Shown here piece by piece: positions 61,459-64,000 of a DNA stretch of 64,000 nt. The stretch comes from Chiloscyllium plagiosum (Eukaryota): NCBI RefSeq assembly GCF_004010195.1, contig NC_057753.1, positions 9,634,622 through 9,698,621 of the forward strand, written 5' to 3'. The notes under the pieces were generated by a model. The model did no database searches. It saw only the letters and a list, made by a program, of their open reading frames with translations, and was not told the origin of the DNA. The position numbers and the translations under genes are program-made. The first letter of the stretch is position 1, and each line of letters begins with the position of its first letter.

Positions 61459-61667
61459 GAAAGTGAGGTCTGCACATGCTGGAGATCAAAGTTGAAACTT
61501 TATTGCTGGAACAGCACAGCAGGTCAGGCAGCATCCAGGGAACAGGAGATTCGACGTTTCGGGCACAGGCCCTTCTTCAGGAAGAAGGGCCTGTGCCCGA
61601 AACGTCGAATCTCCTGTTCCCTGGATGCTGCCTGACCTGCTGTGCTGTTCCAGCAATAAAGTTTCAA
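61459..61667. mobile_element. Penelope-like perfect palindromic fragment with a minus-strand hammerhead (61550-61583)
   Basis: Arms are perfectly complementary by eye. Flanking direct repeat ccttcagggaaagga at 61444-61458 and 61668-61682. Minus strand: ttc CTGAAGA a gggc-ctgt-gccc GAA ACGT C gaa. Confidence 0.82.
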
Positions 61668-61899
61668 CCTTCAGGGAAAGGACCTACCACCTGTTCTAGG
61701 CCTCCACAAAGACTCACCCCTCAATGAGAGCAGAGACAGTGAAAGTAGTGGGATACTCAAAGACCGTTTCCTCCATCTCCATCACAGGAATAACTGAGAT
61801 CATCCCTTCAAGAAGATCAAGATCAGAGTGTATGGAGAACCATCACCTATAACCTCCTGTAGATACATGTCACTGTCTATTTAGACAGAGGGAGAGAGA

Positions 61900-62230
61900 A
61901 TTGCAGCTCACTTACCTTCAAGAACCAGCCGCTCCAAAACCTCTCCTTCTCAGTGTAGGAGACAAATATTTCTCTTGGTTTGAGATTGCTGTGGGTAAAT
62001 TCTTCCACTCTAACCTCCAGGGTTCAGTACTAACTCGAATACAAACACTTCCCAACAGATTATTCCTGAACCCATCCAGTCCTTTCTTCCAGCGCATGCT
62101 CTATCAACAACGCGGCGCTGCTTTTTTTCACTCTGATTGGCGAGGGGTCCAGTCAATCCCAGAATGTCATTCCGAGCTGCTCCACTTTCTATTGGGCAGG
62201 GCATGCCGTCAATCACACAAGAGCTGAAGC
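61900..62230. promoter_or_regulatory. Candidate divergent promoter and first exon
   Basis: Minus-strand donor gtaagt (acttac ~61910-61915), gcgcatgc, and gattgg, tattgg and gtcaatca boxes. Confidence 0.45.
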
Positions 62231-62903
62231 ATGCTCCCAGGAAGAATGATGAAGGAGCGTCGCTCCGAAAGCTAGTGTGCTTCATATTAAACCTGTTGGA
62301 CTGGTGTTGTGTGATTTTTAACTTTGTACATCCCAGGAAGAAGGGAGAGATTTTTACTTAAAAAAAGATATGTTGTCATATCTGAGCGGGCGTGTGTTTA
62401 TTGTCCATCCCTCGTTGTCGGAGGGCGGTGAAGAGTCAATCACAATGTTGTAGGTCTGGAGTCACATGGAGGTTTAACCGGAGAAAAGTGAGCCCAATGG
62501 TATTTTACAATAATTAACGGTCCAGATATTTAATAACTTAACGGATCGCCCCTATCTGGCCTACTAGGATTTGAACGCCTCTCATAGAACGTTAGCCAGG
62601 GCTAGCCAAGACTCGACCAGTTACATCGAGAGCTGAAAAATGTGTTGCTGGAAAAGCGCAGCAGGTTAGTTACATTGAGACAATTCCTGGCACAGGAATT
62701 TCCAACTTTGGTCAACAAGAGGAAACATTTGGTCAATAATGTTTCAGGGAAACCAGAATTATCTATTCAGAAATTCCATTCTGAACTCACAGGAATAACT
62801 TCTGTAAAACTCCCTCACAGGATTTTAGGGAGAAGATTTATGTATGAAAAGAAGAATCATAATCTATAAATCCATGTGTGAGTAAGAATAATACTTATTG
62901 TTA

Positions 62904-63634
62904 TGTCATGGAGATCAAACCCTGTTAATTAAACCAAATGCTCAGAAAAGCTCACCTTGCCACGTAACCTGTTAAAATGTGAGTGACAGAATTCCTAAAT
63001 TCCACTATTTAAATAAAATATTTTTTCTAACTCTAATAGTGAACATTAAACAAACCCTATTCACAAATCCAACACAACCTTTGATTAACTGCTTACTATC
63101 TGACCCCAACTCGACACAAATTAATATGCTATTCCAATAACATATTTATTAAACATTACATTAGCTTATTGTCAAGACCACACAATCTCCTCTTCATTGA
63201 TGTTTTCACTTTTCCAGCTGATCTTCCTGGGTACTCTTATTTTTACTGTATGTTTCACGTGAACCTTTGATAGAGAGTGTTTTCAATTTCTCTGAGAGCA
63301 AAGTATTAGATTGGCAGTTGCTCTCCCTCTAACTTTCAAAATGCTAGGTTTATATACCCCACAGGTTACATTAAATTCTTATAATTTGATTAGTTTCCAG
63401 GGGTCAAAACAATAAAATTCAAATCTCATTGGCTTCTGGTATCCTGGGCATAGCTTAAATTAATTAATTAAAATCGAATTGTTGTCAAAACATCAAACAG
63501 AACTCGGGTATCCATTTAACAGCCAATTGCTGCATTTGAAACAGCCCGACCTTTTGCTGGCAGCTGTGGCTGTACTTTAAGTTGAGAAAAGCACTCTATC
63601 TGAAAGTGACCATACATGCTTTCACTTCATGACA
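62904..63634 (-). mobile_element. Solo LTR inserted in a ZNF exon
   Basis: Inverted ends tgtcatg...catgaca. TATA-like tatataaa and AATAAA on the minus strand. TSD not clean. Confidence 0.68.
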
Positions 63635-63678
63635 TTGAGTGATCATTTGTCCTGGACGAACACGAAGACGCCAACATC

Positions 63679-64000
63679 ATGATGAAATCATGTAAATATG
63701 GAGACTATGGGAAGAGATTGTAGTTACCCTTTCCAGCTGGAAATTGATTGATACAGTCACACTGGAGATAGACTGGTTCCCTGCTCTACATGTGGGAAGG
63801 GATTCATAGTGTTATCCACCTCCAGAAACATCTGCTTATCACACTGAGGAGATACCGTTTAGCTGAACTTCCTGTGGAAAATGTTTCACACAGTCAGTCA
63901 ACCTCACTGCACACCAATGAGTTCACACTGGGGACAGGCTGTTTATGTGCCCTGTATGTGGGAAGGAATTTGCATGGACTTCAAACTTGTTGCAACACCA
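63679..64000 (+). pseudogene. ZNF pseudogene running off the window end
   Basis: MMKSCKYGDYGK (decayed [12 protein letters not shown]), HTGDRL linkers, CPVCGKEF, with stops and frameshifts. Acceptor ctcacag at 62820. Confidence 0.85.

Overview
Repeat-dense vertebrate DNA. The SINE, CR1 LINE and Penelope families point to a cartilaginous fish, most likely a shark; the species cannot be confirmed from sequence alone. The window is part of a C2H2 zinc-finger gene cluster built from segmental duplications. It holds two intact finger-only ORFs on the minus strand (9 fingers at 9845-10606 and 11 fingers at 44009-44950) and four ZNF pseudogenes. A reusable promoter/non-coding first-exon module occurs at least five times. 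No KRAB, SCAN or BTB exon is recognisable. The left end is a multiply deleted ERV with HERV-I-like gag/pol motifs, a tandemly duplicated gamma-type env and an intact 3' LTR. Scattered through the window are CR1 and Rex1 LINE fragments, HE1-type and Deu-type SINEs, solo LTRs, and three Penelope-like families carrying minimal hammerhead ribozyme cores. Standout structures are a minisatellite derived from half a zinc finger, a 366-bp duplication flanking a Penelope insertion, a ~410-bp foldback, and an inverted duplicate of an unidentified CpG-island gene 5' end whose two copies carry reciprocal lesions. Two assembly gaps are present. All alignments were done by eye, so repeat boundaries are approximate.
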